Source of the DNA: Eledone cirrhosa
Taxonomy: Eukaryota
Direction of reading: 5' to 3'
DNA length: 64,000 nt
Assembly (NCBI GenBank): GCA_964016885.1
Contig: OZ024743.1
Location: 362,762,001-362,826,000 of the forward strand
Shown here: positions 50,797-64,000 of the stretch, piece after piece
Position numbering within the stretch: position 1 is the first letter of the stretch
How the letters are laid out: each line of letters opens with the position of its first letter
Program-made: the position numbers and the translations under genes
The notes under the pieces: generated by a model
What the model saw: the letters and a program-made list of their open reading frames with translations, nothing else
Databases searched by the model: none
Told to the model about the DNA's origin: nothing

Positions 50797-53700
50797 CTAC
50801 AGGCTGATATAGAGAGAAGGCCCATTCACTCGGGCCATTCTCGCCACTTTCACCCACCTTTCATAAAACTTGTTGGGGTACAGCACCTCTCTCTCCATCC
50901 TGATTCTTCTTCCAAAGTGGTATTTGAAAAAAAGAATCAGTTGTTGGCCGGAGAGAAAGGTGTCTGACCTCAGCCCTTTGAACTTTGTCCACCATACAAC
51001 CTCTTTCGCCATAGCTATCACACAAAGGAAAACCGCCTATCCTTCCCTTTTGAAGGAGGGTGGCGGTTTGATCTTGACAATGGACTCGTTGGTCAACTGG
51101 ATTGGTCCCACCCGCGACAATAGTTGTTCCACATAGCCCCACAGGTCGGTGACGCCCGGGCAGTGTATGAATGCGTGCGCGACGGTTTCTTCGTCTCGTA
51201 CGCACCTCGGACAGATCTTTTTTGCAAGGTCCCTGCCCGGGCGCCCATGTTTGTAGAGCTTGTCTCGAACTGGTAGAGCTACTCGGTAGCACTGCCAGGC
51301 TAGGGACTTTTGAAAGTTGTCCATCGGTCCCGGGCGGAAGGTCCTACCGAACAGACTGGCCAATTCGTCTTCCTCTACGCCCACAGTTTCACCGAGCACG
51401 TGGTCGCACTTGCTGCGGATCAACCCTCTATAGAATGACGAAGTGGAGTCTCCACTGATCGCCGGGTCCGCCTGCCAGAAGGCTGTGAGCGCCTGAGCAC
51501 ATTCGATGTGCCAGTCGCCCATTTTCCTCGGTCTTTGCTTGACCCAGGACCGCAGCTCGGTCAGCGAGACGAGTCGTGGGAAGGCTCGCCTCACGAACGG
51601 GGCCCACACCGGTTGTCCGGTGAGGAATACGTAGAGATGCCGCAGCCTCAGCGCGTGTTTGTGCATCGTCAGCCACGGCATCCCCAGCCCTCCGTTGGAA
51701 GGGCGTTGGCAGCAGATGGATCTTCTCGCCAAAGGAGCCCGCCTCTTCCAGAGAAATTGGAAGAGCGCGCGCTCCATTTTGGCGAGCGTTTTGGCTGGAC
51801 AAGGCACGACGGTCAAGCGGTAGTAGATGACGGACGCTATAAAAGTGTTCGCCATCTCCGCTCGACCTTTCAAGGATAGTTTGCACTCGGCCCACTTCTG
51901 GGTGAGTGCAAACACCTTGGCCGACACCTCGTTCCAGTTCTTCTTCACCTTGAGGTCCGGACCAAACCAGACCCCGAGCGGCTTTACTGGTCCTTCCGTC
52001 CAGCGTCCGACGACGCCATCGGAAGGCATCGGTTTGCCTCTCCACGATCCGAGTTGCAAACCGATGGACTTATCCCGCTTCAGCCTCGCTCCTGTGAACC
52101 TTTCGTATTCCTTCAGTTAGGTGCCGACTTCCTCGATTTGCGAGGCGCTCGACACCATTACTTCCACGTCGTCGGCGTAGGCCGACGCCGCTTACCGCAG
52201 TCCCGGTTCCAGAGGTATCCCTTGCAATAGCTCCAACTTCCGTAGTTGTGGCTCGAGAGTCAATACGTACAGAAGGGAGGAGAGAGGGCATCCCTGTCGA
52301 ATGGAACGGCTCCGAGATGTGGCCGTTCACCTTAACCCTTGAGCAGATGTTGCTGTTATGCATTGCAGCAATCCAGCCCCTGAACACGGGTCCGAAGCCT
52401 GCCGCCTCGAGCACTGCATCCAGGTAACGATGGTAAACCCTATCGAAAGCTTTAGACTGATCCAAGTTGATCAGGGCCCCACCGAAGCCGGGTTTACACC
52501 CTACCCTCTCTATGATATATCGCATGAGGTGGAGGTTGTCGTGTATGGACCTGGTCGGGATTGCGCATGTCTGCGCTTCTCCCACCAGGTTCTCGACGAC
52601 AAGCGCCAGCCTCTTTGCCAACACCTTGGCCAAAATCTGTAACTCTGTGTTTAGCAGAGTTATGGGTCGGAAGTTGCCTATGTCATCTCCCTTATTCTTG
52701 TCCTTCCCGACTAGTGTGACTACGCCCCTGGTCACAGAACTGGGAATTCTCCCGTTCTGTTGCCAGTTGCAGTAGACCGCTTCCAGGAGACCGGAGAATA
52801 AGTCCGGCATTGCTACGAAAAATTCGTAGGGTAGACCGTCGAGACCTGGTGATTTGCGTTTGCCGCATTGGCTCAACGCGTCCCCTATCTCATAAGCTGA
52901 AATCGGCTTTTCGCAGAACTTCGCCTTGCTGTCCGAGAGTCGCTGTAGGTCGTCGAGGTATGGACCGAAATACATAGCCCCTCCCGGCGCGCGACCCTGT
53001 CCGAACAGCTGAACAAAGTGCCGCTGAAAGTCCGCACACAACTGCTTCGGCTCACGTATCACGCGCCCGTTTTGGTCCTTCAAAGACCGAATCGTGGACT
53101 TGTTGCCACTTTTTGCCTCCGTCACTCGGGCCCAGCTAACAGCTTTGGCTCCCTCGTTTCCCAGAGCACGTATTTTGCTTCTGACAACGCAGCCCTCATG
53201 CTTTGCGTCGAAGAACTGGTCCAAGGCCGTTCTCGTTGCTAGCACGCTGGCTACGTTGCCACTTCTAATTGCCTCTTCTACTTTATCTACCAGTTCTTTC
53301 TCAGTTCTAATTCTATCTAACGCTAATTCTTTACTAAAAACTAACGAGTCTAATCTAACTGCCCTCTTGAGAGAGTACCACCATCTGTTGTTGACAATGG
53401 TCCCTGTCAAGTGTTGTTTAACTAAAGTGCTAATCCGTCTACTGTAGGCTTTGCATGTCGGTAACGACAAGTTCAGCTTCCAGTAGCCGGGTCCTTGTCT
53501 ATGGGTTCTATCAAGGTTGACCATGCAGGTCACTAGTTTGTGATCTTAATAGGCAACCATGAACATTTGTGGACAGCTTAACATGTCCCTATCCTTATTT
53601 CTAACTAGAACCCTATCTAGGTACGATCTAGATGTTCCGCTGCGATTAGTCCACGTCCACAGTGGCACAGTCGGAAAATCTAGTCGATATCTATCGGCCA

Positions 53701-54220
53701 GGTCAAATCGGTCGATTAACTGTTTGAGGATGTTACACCCCCCTTTATCGGGACATGCTCCCACATAGTCCCAACGTGCATCTAGGATTCCATTCCAGTC
53801 CCCCACTAAAAGCAAGGAGCGGGACATTCCCAGAAAAGTCTCTAGACGTTTGAAGAAGTCTGGCCGCGGTGTCTCGGATGGGGCATATGCGGCCACCAGC
53901 CTGAAGGCTCCACCTTCACTACCGTCAACGTCTAGGACCACCAGTCGACCCTCCGGGTCCAGATGTACCGTCTGTGTTACGAGGCCCAGGTGTTTCCGCA
54001 GCAAAACGGCAACCTCGCCCCCACTTCCCGGCTGACAGAGAGATGCGTAGATCTCAAAATCATCGAAGATGGAGGCCAGCTGTCGCTCGCTGTGGATCCT
54101 GGACTCGCAAATGGCTACTACATCCATACTGTGCGACCTGAGGTCGATTAAGAGTTTGCCCTGTTTCCAGGGCATCCCCAGGCCGCGTACATTCACACAC
54201 CCAACTCTTATATTGGCCAT
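50797..54220 (-). pseudogene. ORF2 of copy D (APE + RT + Cys/His domain)
   Basis: ORFs 53546-54220, 52070-53533, 51037-52059 and 50797-51021. Confidence 0.92.
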
Positions 54221-54257
54221 GTTGGTTCTGAAAAGTTAAAAGAGGAGAAGAAAACAC

Positions 54258-55033
54258 TCACCTCTTCGTCTCCCGGGGATCAGGCCGCACGGTTTCCATT
54301 GGGTGTTAGAGGAGTTGTCTGGGTGGGTGGTGGTTTCCGGTGGGGTGGGGACGGAGATGTTTGGTGGGGTGGTGGTGTCTGGGGTGAGGGTGGGGAAACT
54401 TTTTAAAAGGACGCGGTTAATGGGTTTAACACAAGGATTACCCACGTCCTTAGGAAAGTTTTCCTTTAAAGACTTATAGGTGTCCGTAGGGACCCTAATC
54501 ATCTTTAAATTAGGTTTGTCTACACAGTTCGAAAAAGTTTTCCCTTCGGTTTTCACCGAAGGGTCGTTGGAGATGACCTCCATTAAAGTTTTGTTTTTAC
54601 TGTTATGTATGTGTAATGTTCTTGTTCTGTTGCGGTGGTTTTTGTCTGTTGTTCTTGTGGGAGCTTTCGTTTTGTTGTAGGTGTTTGTGTTTGGAGTGAT
54701 GTTGTCGTGGTTTTGTTTTCGGGACGGGGGGTTTTTGTTTGTAATGTTTGTGTTGTTTGTGTTGGTGGTTGTATGTTTGTAGTGATGTTTGTTGTTTTTT
54801 TTGTTCTTGTGGTGTCTTTTCTTCTTTCTTTTCGAACGGAGAGGCTCTCGCTCATCATCACTTGGTGATGATGTGGGGGCCTCGTCCGTTGTGGTCTCTG
54901 TGTTATTTGGAAGGGGTATGTTTTGGGGAGCTGTTGTGTTTGTGGGTGTTTTTGCAGTGGTTTTAGGTGGAGTGGGTTGGGTGGGACTGTGCTTGCAGGT
55001 TGGTTTGTTGTTCTTGTTTTGGTTGTGTTTGCG

Positions 55034-55069
<36 letters not shown>

Positions 55070-55995
55070 GGTGGTGGTGGTGGTGGTGGTGGTGGTGGTG
55101 GTGGTGGTGGTGGTGGTGGTTGTGTTGTTTTGGGTGTTGGCAGTAATGCCTCTTTTTTTTTAGTTAACTGAGGACAGTAAGCCTTCAGGTGACCACTGCT
55201 TAAACAGTGGTAACATGAAGGCCGCCTACCCTCAACAGAAATGTTTATGTGTGAAATTCCATCCAGAGGCACACGTTGGGGTATTTTAGCTATCCGTTCT
55301 GGCCTCATTTGGACCAGAACTTCCATGCTTTTACCATTGAATGTGCCTCTGGAGGACTTTCCCACCGAAATGATGGTGTCTTCGTCGAAATCGATGAAGC
55401 CAGTTAGAATCCACCAGACGTTTACATTTGGTGCAATGTTCAAAAGTTTTATTTTTTTAGTTCTTTTTCCCATATATGTGGGGAAGAAGGTGTAAAGGGG
55501 GGGGGACACAATCGGCGATACAGAATATTTTTGTGCTGTCAATTGGTCTTTCAACAACACCGAAATGCTTCCAAAAAGTTTCCCTTTTTGGATGAAGGCA
55601 ATATCCTTCATGGAATTCTTCAGAACCAGTTCAATATCGTTTTGGGATAACTGAACTGGTTTTTTCGACACATTTGAAACCGTCCTAAAAATTACTGTTT
55701 TTAGAACAGTTTCTCTGCGTAACTGTTGAGGAGAAGTGATGCTGAAAGCACCACTCTCACCAAAAGTTACGTACTGTTTTGCATCGCTTAACATTTCCCT
55801 AGCATTGGAAATGTCAAGGTATGTGAACAGTTCCGTCTTTTGGACGGTTTGAGCAAAAGAAATCTTTTCCTTGTTCGTAGAGTTGTTCGTGTTGCTGCTG
55901 TTGTTGTTGGTGGTGTTGTTGTTATCATTGTTGTTGTTGTTGGTGGTGGTGGTGTTGTTGTTATCATTGTTGCTGTTGTTGTTCTTGTTGTCATT

Positions 55996-56028
<33 letters not shown>

Positions 56029-56142
56029 CTGGTTGGTGTTGTTTATATTTTGCAAGTTATTGGTGTTTGTGTTAGTGTTGATGTTACAATCAACGTCCGA
56101 CATCGTGTTTTCAAAACTGACGACATTTTCGATGTCTTTCAA
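54258..56142 (-). pseudogene. ORF1 of copy D (poly-Asn N-terminus, CCHC knuckle, poly-Pro/poly-Gln)
   Basis: EGRRPSCYHCLSSGHLKAYC in ORF 54583-56142; ends METVRPDPRETKR-stop. Confidence 0.85.
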
Positions 56143-56714
56143 TGAGGTGGTGAGATAGATAGATAGATATTAAGATAAGTGGGTAGGTAGGAAGTTAGGT
56201 AGGTAGATAGTTATTTAAATAGATATATAGGCAAAGAGACATACAGATAGCTAAATACAGATAGGCAGAAATTAATCAAATTACCATTTCCCTTTCAAAG
56301 TTAGCATGTCCTTGTGCTTTCTTATAACACCGAATTGGTAGGCCACTTCCGAATCAAGTCTATTTTCTATTCTCTGTTTGGGTTTGCCGTAATTCTGTTA
56401 TCGATTAATTAATTTTGCAATTCACACCTGATAATGTCGTCTTAGTCTTACGTCATGATCAGATGCTGTAACTCGGCCAGTGAAATAGGAAATATGTATT
56501 GTGTTCTTGCATTATTTTGAGTCAGGCCTTCTGTTGTTTTTAAATAAATATTCAACTCCGTTCCTGCACCAACCACAGGATACCACATCTACGATGGATG
56601 ATTTCCATGACCTCCAATGCTTTAACTTATTATATTATGGTCATTTGCACTGGGACGCACACATTTTTAATTTCAAATTTACTCACTGTTTCTTAACTCA
56701 AACGTTATATATAT

Positions 56715-57066
<352 letters not shown>

Positions 57067-57849
57067 TTCCTTCGAATGAAACAGTTCTAGTTCCGTAGAA
57101 GCCATTTATATATATATAGAGATATATATATAATGACTAGAATAACCAGGATTTAATTACATTATCTAATAGATTTACGGACTTTTTTTTTCAAATACAG
57201 TAGGAAGTACTATTTATTTCTCTGTACTGAAATTCCTCAGAATCATTAAATATTACAAAAAACATAATTATTTACCGACCACATGCCCGAATATCTCCAT
57301 TTCGAAAACGTAAACAACTTTTAAAATCTAGTCAGGAAAACGTTAAAACTTATGGAAGACTAAACGCACAAATTAAAATATATTAGTAATACATATACTA
57401 TGTAGTAATTAGTTTGACTCTTAAAACCTAATACACGTATATGAGACTCAAATAAACATTATAGGAATAAATTTAGAGCCTATAAATTTAATAATACTTA
57501 TTTGAATTAACAACCAATTTCAATACTAACATTAATATGTGAAGAAAAACAATATAAAAATGATGGAAGCTTAATTTAGTGATAATCAGTAGGATGAGTT
57601 CTAATTATTAAGAAACTAATCGCCTAAAAATAGTATTTATAGAAGTGAAAGAGGATTATTTATAGAATAAAGTTATGACTGTAAATTAAACAAAGCATAT
57701 TCAGCTACACCCACACACACGCAGATATCTATAGATATACTTATCTATACACACATACACACTTATATCCCACCATATATATATATATTTGAAAAAAAGG
57801 AAAAGAATGACTTCACTTGTAGTGTTAAAAAATGTTATGATTTATTTGT

Positions 57850-58005
57850 TTCTATTTTAGGCACAAGGCCAGCAATTATCCAGTACATTACTGGTACTTT
57901 ATTTTATCGACCCCGTAAGGATGAGAGGCAAAGTTAACCTCGGCGGGATTTGAACTCACATCATAAAGGGACGTAACTCTATGCTTCAAAGCATGGTGTC
58001 CGATA
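57850..58005 (-). mobile_element. tRNA-derived SINE, Nin/Deu-domain type, head truncated
   Basis: Homologous to 46025-46215; abuts the 5' end of copy E. Confidence 0.8.
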
Positions 58006-61000
58006 CTGGAGATTGAACAACCCGATCTCCAGGAAACGAAAAGGTAAGTGCACCCTTCCGTCCTTTTTCTCCAACTCTTCTTCACCAACATGTTTCGGAA
58101 GGAACTGGACGTCGAAGTACAGCAAGTGCACTTGGACCCGGAGGGTAGACTGGTAGTCCTAGACGTCAACAGTATTGGAGGTGGAGCCTTCAGACTGGTG
58201 GCCGTTTATGTCCCGACCGGGCAATCGCAATCACGGCCAGACTTCTTTAAGCGTCTAGAGTCTTTTCTGGGAACGTCTCGCTCTTTACTTTTAGTGGGGG
58301 GATGGGATGGTATCCTAGATGCACGATGGGACTATGTGGGAACATGCCCCAGTAGAGGGTGATGCAACAGCCTCAAAACTTGAATCAGCCAATTCCAACT
58401 GGCCGATAGGTATCGACTGGATTTCCTGACTGCACCACAGTGGACGTGGGCAAACCGCAGCGGGACATCTAGATCGTATTTAGATAGGTTCTTCATTAGA
58501 GAAAGGGACAAGGAGATGTTAAGCTGTCCACGAATGCACATGGTTGCCTATTCAGATCACAAATTAGTCGTCTGCTTAGTCAACCGTGATAGAATACATA
58601 GACAAGGAGCCGGATACTGGAAGCTGAACGTAGAGCTTACAGTGAACGGATAAGTAGACTAGTCAAGCAACAGTTAACGGGAGCCATCCTCAACAATAAA
58701 TGGTGGTACTCTCTCAAGAAAGCGATTAGAATAGATTCGATAGGGTTTAGCAGAGAGTTAGCCTTAGAGAAAAACAAAATAGAAAGAGAACTAGTAGCCA
58801 AGGTAGAGAAGGCACTTAGAAGTGGCAACGCGGCTAGAGTGTTAGCGTCGAGAAGGGCACTGGACCAGTTCTTCGATGCGAAACACGAAGGCTGCGTGGT
58901 CAGAAGCAAAACACGTGCTCTAGGAAACGAAGGAGCGAAAGCTGTCAGCTGGGCCCGAGTGGCGGAGGCGAAAAGTGGCAACAAGTCCACGATTCGGTCT
59001 TTGAAAGACCAAAACGGACGCGTGCTACTTAACCCCAAGCAAATGTGCGCGGTCTTTCAGCAGCACTTTGCGCGACTGTTTGAGCAGCACGACGGTGAGC
59101 CGAACGGGGCAATGGACTTTAGTTCATACCTCGACAACATGCCGCGTCTCTCGAACACGGACGCCGAGTTCTGCGAAAGACCGATCACGGACACTGAGAT
59201 ACGGGACGCTCTGGGCCGCTGCGAGAAATGCAAGTCACCCGGTCTAGGTGGTCTACCCTATCAGTTTTACATAGGCATGCCGGACTTGTCCTCTGGCGTC
59301 CTCGAAGCCGTCTACTGCAATTGGCAGCAGAACTGGAGAATTCCCAGTTCTGTTGGCAAGGGCGTAGTAACGCTGATCAGGAAAGACGAGAACAAGGGGG
59401 ACGAAATTAACAACTTCAGGCCCATAATCTGCTCAACACAGAGTTAAAGATTTTGGCCAAGGTGCTAGCGACGAGGTTGGCGCTTGTCGTCGAGAACCTG
59501 GTAGGGAAAGCGCAAACGTGTGCAATCCCGACCAGGTCCATACACAATAACCTCCACCTCATGCGATACATCATAGAGAGGGTGGGTAGTAAACCCGGCT
59601 TCGGTGGGGCTCTTGTCAATTTGGATTAGTCTAAGGCATTCGATAGGGTCGACCACCGATACTTGGAAGCGGTTCTCAAGGCGGCCGGTTTCGGTCCCGT
59701 GTTCAGAAGCTGGATCGAGGCGATGCACACCAGCATTTGCTTGAGGGTCAAGGTGAACGGCTACCTATTGGAGCCGTTCGCAATCACGCGTTCCATTCGA
59801 CAGGGGTGCCCTCTCTCCTCCATTCTGTATGCATTGACTCTAGAGCCACTACTGAGGAAATTGGAGCTGTTGCAGGGCATCCCTCTAGAACCGGGACTGC
59901 GGAGAGCGGCGTCGGCTTATTCTGACGACGTGACGGTAATGGTGTCGAGCACCTCGGAAATCGGGGTGATCGGCAACTTACTGAAAGAATACGAAACGCT
60001 GACGGGAGCAAATCTAAACTCGGACAAGTCTATCGGTTTGCAACTCGGTACGTGGAGAGGCAAACCGATGACGTCCGACAACGTCGTTAGACGCTGGACG
60101 GACGGACCGGTGAAATTGCTCGGGGTCTGGTTCGGTCCAGACCTCCAGGTGGAGAAAAACTGGAACGAGGTCACGGCCAAGGTGTTTGCGCTCACCCAGA
60201 AACGGGCAGAGTGCAAACTGCTTTGAAAGGTCGAGAGGAGGTGGCGACTACTTTCATAGCGTCCGTCATCTACTACCGCTTGACTGTGGTGCTTTGTCAC
60301 CGTGACCACCTCGCTAAGATGGAACGCATGCTCCTCCAGTTTCTGTGTAAGAATCAGGCTCCGCTAGTGAGGAGATCCGTCTGCTGTCAGCACCCTTCCA
60401 ACGGAGGGCTGGGAATGCCGTGGCTTATGATGCGCAAACATGCATTGAGACTGCGGCATCTCCAGGTATTCCTCACCGACCCCCAACCGGTGTGGGCACC
60501 GTTTGTGAGACAGGCTTTCCCACAGCTTGTCTCGCTGACGGAGCTGCAGTCCTGGATCAAGGAAAGACCAAAAACGATGGGCGCCTGGCACATTGAACGC
60601 GCTCAGGCGCTCACAGTCCTCTGGCAAGCGGGCGCAGCAATAAATGGAGACTCCACTTCGACATTCTATACAGGGATTGTACGTTACAAGGGCGACGACG
60701 TGCTGGGAGAGACTCTGGGCATCGAAGACGATGAGCTCACCAGTCTGTTTGGTAGGACTTTCCGCCTGGGACCTATGGACAACTTCCAGAGGTCCCTGGC
60801 CTGGCAGTGCTACCGAGGAGCTCTACCGGTTCGTGACAAGATCTACAGGCACGGACGCCCCGGCAGGGATCCTTTCACGAGATGCGCGCAGGACATTGAA
60901 ACAGTCCTGCACGCAATTGTACACTGCCCGGGCGTAACCGACCTGTGGAACTATGCAGAACAACTGCTGTCGCGTATGGGACAAATCCAGTTGACTGCCG

Positions 61001-61523
61001 AGTCCATAGTAAGGATCAAATCGCCAGCCTCTTAGAAAAACGAAAGAGAGGCGGTTTTCCTCTGTACGGTGGCTATGGTGAAACAAGTTACATGGTGGAC
61101 GAGATTGAAAGGAGTGAGGACAGATGCCTTTCTCTCCGGACAACAATTGATTCTCTTCTTTAAGTATCACTTTAGAAGGAGAATCAGAGTGGAGAGAGAG
61201 GCACTGCACCCCAGTAAATTTACTGAAAGGTGGGTGAATGAAGCGAAAATGGCCCGAGTGATTGGGCCTTCTCTGTTTATAAGCCTGTAGGTCGAAGAAG
61301 AGAGCAAAGGGAAGAAAGGTGCACTTGCACAACACGCTCCTGGAGTTGAGGGTTGTTCTATCGACGGGGTATTAAACAACCCATTTGTGGCGCCTCCCCC
61401 CTATTGGGGATTTCGATTGTTGTAATTGTTTGTTTTTATATTTTTAACACGACTGTATGTAAAGTGCCCGGCATGTCTTTGTATTGTCCCCTTTTCTTGT
61501 GCGCCCTTGTGGCTAATAAAGAA

Positions 61524-61524
<1 letters not shown>
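58006..61524 (+). mobile_element. Tx1/L1-clade retrotransposon copy E, 5'-truncated; (TATC)n tail
   Basis: Starts in the last ORF1 codons (LEIEQPDLQETKR-stop); ends AATAAAGAAATC-(TATC)n. Confidence 0.92.
58090..61290 (+). pseudogene. ORF2 of copy E, with stops, frameshifts and an N-terminal deletion
   Basis: ORFs 58048-58362, 58839-59447, 59663-60226, 60211-61035 and 61069-61290; YSDD at the RT site. Confidence 0.9.

Positions 61525-61577
<53 letters not shown>
61523..61577. repeat. (TATC)n microsatellite between copies E and F
   Basis: About 13 units seen directly. Confidence 0.95.
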
Positions 61578-61821
61578 TTATATACTACTATGATCTAGCT
61601 GTCGTCTGTTCTACAGTGTGGATGTCATTCACTTCGCACAGAAGTTTTGTTCAAATTTATTAAGGAAATTTTGTGAGTTCAAACTTAATTTTGATACAAT
61701 TGTGTAGCTTGACCCTCCGTCTGAACTGTCAGGCGGTGGGTCAGCTCATCTTTACCCCTCCTAGAGGTGAAAAACCTGTTTTAAAAAATTTTGTGTAAAA
61801 AATTTCAATCGTCTAACAGAA

Positions 61822-63717
61822 ATGTTAAACGCAGCGAACGAAAATAGTAGTGGGGGGACAGCGGTAAGAGTTGTAAGCTCGCACGCTTTAGTCCTCCCTT
61901 CCTTCCCAACTAACGTCATAGAGAAGGAAGGAAAAATGAAAATAAAAACGGACGAATCTGCGGAGAAAAAATTAAATGACGAAAACATAAATCTGGACTT
62001 GGATTCCAACAACGAAAAAAAAAAATTTGAAAAATTGCATGACAATACTAATAACACAAACAAAGACACAACAAACAAAAAAATAACAGTTGAAAATAAC
62101 ACCATATCAGAAAACAAAGCAGACGACAAGATTTCATTTGCACAGAAAACAAAGAAATCTTTGACTTATATAGCGGAAAACATTTCAGATGTGGTACGAA
62201 GGATCACGGACGCCAAACAATACATAAGTGAAGGTGAGAATGGTATTTTATTGGTAAAAATGCCTCAAGAATTCACGAAAGACATTGAAAGCCGAACGGT
62301 CAAGTTTCGGACCATCAACAACAGTACAAAAAAACCTGAACAGCCTTCTCAAGCAGATATCAAAACAGTACTCACAGAAGTACTGAATGAAACAACTTTC
62401 ATAAGAAAAGACAGACTGTATGGAAGCCTAGCAATTATCATGAAGAACGAATCGGCGGCAAAAAAATGTGCTTTGTCACCGATTCGTTCGAAAAATTTCA
62501 CCTTTTATCCATCTTATATGGGGAAAAAAAACTCAACGCATATGGCTGGATGCAATGATGCCAGATGTGGACTACTGCTGGCTCATAGCTGGCTTCATCG
62601 ATCCAGTGAATGACAACGTGATTTCCATTGGGAAAACCACAGGCAATGCGTTCAGTGGAACAGGTATAGAGCTGGTAGTACAAATGAAGCCTGAACGCAT
62701 CGCCCAAATACCCGACAGAATCCTATTAGAGGACCACGGGTATATAAACATTAGCGTGGAGGGGAGAAGGCCGTCCTGCCATATCTGTGCAGGCAGAGGG
62801 CACCTGAAGGCCGCTTGTCCCCAACTCAACAAAAAGAAAACCCTGCTACCAACACCAGCTCCACCACCACAACAGATAAACAAACAACAAAACTCAGTCC
62901 CACCCAACCCGTCCCTCAGTAAAACCACAACACCACCACAACACAAACAGTCACAACACATTACCCCAAAACAAAATACAGGCCCACCCAACCTCTCACT
63001 CAATAAAACAACACAACCACCGCAGACACAACACACAACACAGTCTAACATAGTGACATCCATCTCCCCCACAAAGAAAACCAACACGGAAACATTACCA
63101 GCAAACATACCTCTTCCCTCCAACACTGAAGATAACCCAACGAATTCGGAGGAAGAAACGGAGTCCTTCAGACAGATTAAAAGGAAAAAAAGAAAACATG
63201 TGCAAAACACACAAGGACAAACAACCCCCACCCAAATCGCAACACAATCCAACAAAACAGAAAACACCCTCCAGCAACAAACAAAACCAAACCTGCCCCT
63301 CCCCTCTTCGAAACACTCACACCATCGGAAAAAAAGACATTACACTATACTTACATCAACAGAAACAATAATAAATTAAATGAACTCATATACAATAATC
63401 CTTCGGTACAAACCGAAGGTGTAAATTTTGTTTCGTCAGAAAACCACCCACATTTAAAACTAATAAAAATCCCAATGAACCTCTACCAAAAACTAAAAAA
63501 GGATTTTAAGGAGGACGTAGGACCACCCTCTGTCAAACCCATAAACCGCGTCCTACTAAAAAGCTTTCCCCCTCCCCTTCCCCTCCCCAACACAACTCCA
63601 AACACCCCAACCCCACCACACACTGACGACCCCACACCACCACAAGACACCCCTTCACCCAACACCCCCGACCCCATGGAAGTCGTGCAACCCGAACCCC
63701 GGGAAGCGGAAAGGTAG
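61822..63717 (+). pseudogene. ORF1 of copy F (CCHC knuckle), frameshifted
   Basis: EGRRPSCHICAGRGHLKAAC; homologous to ORF1 of D; ends EPREAER-stop. Confidence 0.85.
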
Positions 63718-63750
63718 GTCTCTACACTCTCCTTTGGCTCTGCCGCCCAC

Positions 63751-64000
63751 ATGGATGTGTTAAGAGTAGGATGTTTGAATGCACGTGGCCTGGGCTCAAC
63801 TTGGAAGCAAGCAAAGCTTCTAAATGACTTCAGGTCATGTAGTATAAATGTAATGGTTATCTGTGAGACTCGAATCAGCGTCGTGCGGCAGCTGGCCCCC
63901 ACCTTCGATGACTTTGAGGTGCATGCATCTCTCTGTCAACCTGGAGGTGGGGGTGGGGTTGTCGTACTGCTGCAAAAACACCTGGGTCTTGCCGTACAGG
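63751..64000 (+). CDS. ORF2 N-terminus of copy F (APE endonuclease), partial
   Basis: MDVLRVGCLNARGLGSTWKQAKLLND...ICETR, open to the window end. Confidence 0.85.
   Translation, partial: MDVLRVGCLNARGLGSTWKQAKLLNDFRSCSINVMVICETRISVVRQLAPTFDDFEVHASLCQPGGGGGVVVLLQKHLGLAVQ

Larger units (their letters stand above)
50569..56152 (-). mobile_element. Tx1/L1-clade retrotransposon copy D, near full length; (TATC)n-associated
   Basis: Starts directly after TATC repeats at 56153-56169; ends AATAAAGAAACA-(TATC)n. Confidence 0.93.
61595..64000 (+). mobile_element. Tx1/L1-clade retrotransposon copy F (5' UTR, ORF1, start of ORF2; runs off the window)
   Basis: Begins ~20 nt after the TATC tail of E (start approximate); 63008-64000 closely matches copy C. 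Confidence 0.9.

Noticed and set aside
54228-54261. Micro-intron between ORF1 and ORF2 (GTGAGT...TTTTCAG in D, 34 nt; 28 nt in A) that would fuse the ORFs
   Set aside because: Very short for metazoan splicing, and copies B, C, E and F have no AG between the donor motif and the ATG.

Overview
Eukaryotic, AT-rich, repeat-dominated window with no supportable host gene. The SINE families and microsatellite load suggest an octopus-like cephalopod (inference). Six decayed L1/Tx1-clade non-LTR retrotransposons (A-F; ORF1 with a CCHC knuckle, ORF2 with APE endonuclease, RT and a C-terminal Cys/His domain) form head-to-tail pairs. A and B are bounded by (ATT)n. C, D, E and F abut (TATC)n at all visible ends except the 5' end of E. 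This suggests two microsatellite-targeting subfamilies. The most striking observation: in all six copies the ORF1 stop sits inside a 5' splice-donor consensus (AG|GTRRGT) 37-46 nt upstream of the ORF2 ATG. In all four copies with an intact 3' end the ORF2 stop is an invariant GCCTGTAG, a possible acceptor. Joining the two would excise ORF2 as an intron and fuse ORF1 to a reading frame in the '3' UTR' that shows a synonymous-substitution excess between A and B. The window also holds one near-complete Penelope-like element with pseudo-LTRs, several Penelope remnants and solo pLTR repeats in (AT)n, roughly 15-20 minimal hammerhead-ribozyme motifs (some decayed, one family with a CUGAAUGA core), tRNA-derived SINEs (one family shares its 3' end with Tx1 copy A), CRE and RTE fragments, two Helitron-like ends and many fold-back palindromes. 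All alignments were done by eye; many boundaries are approximate.
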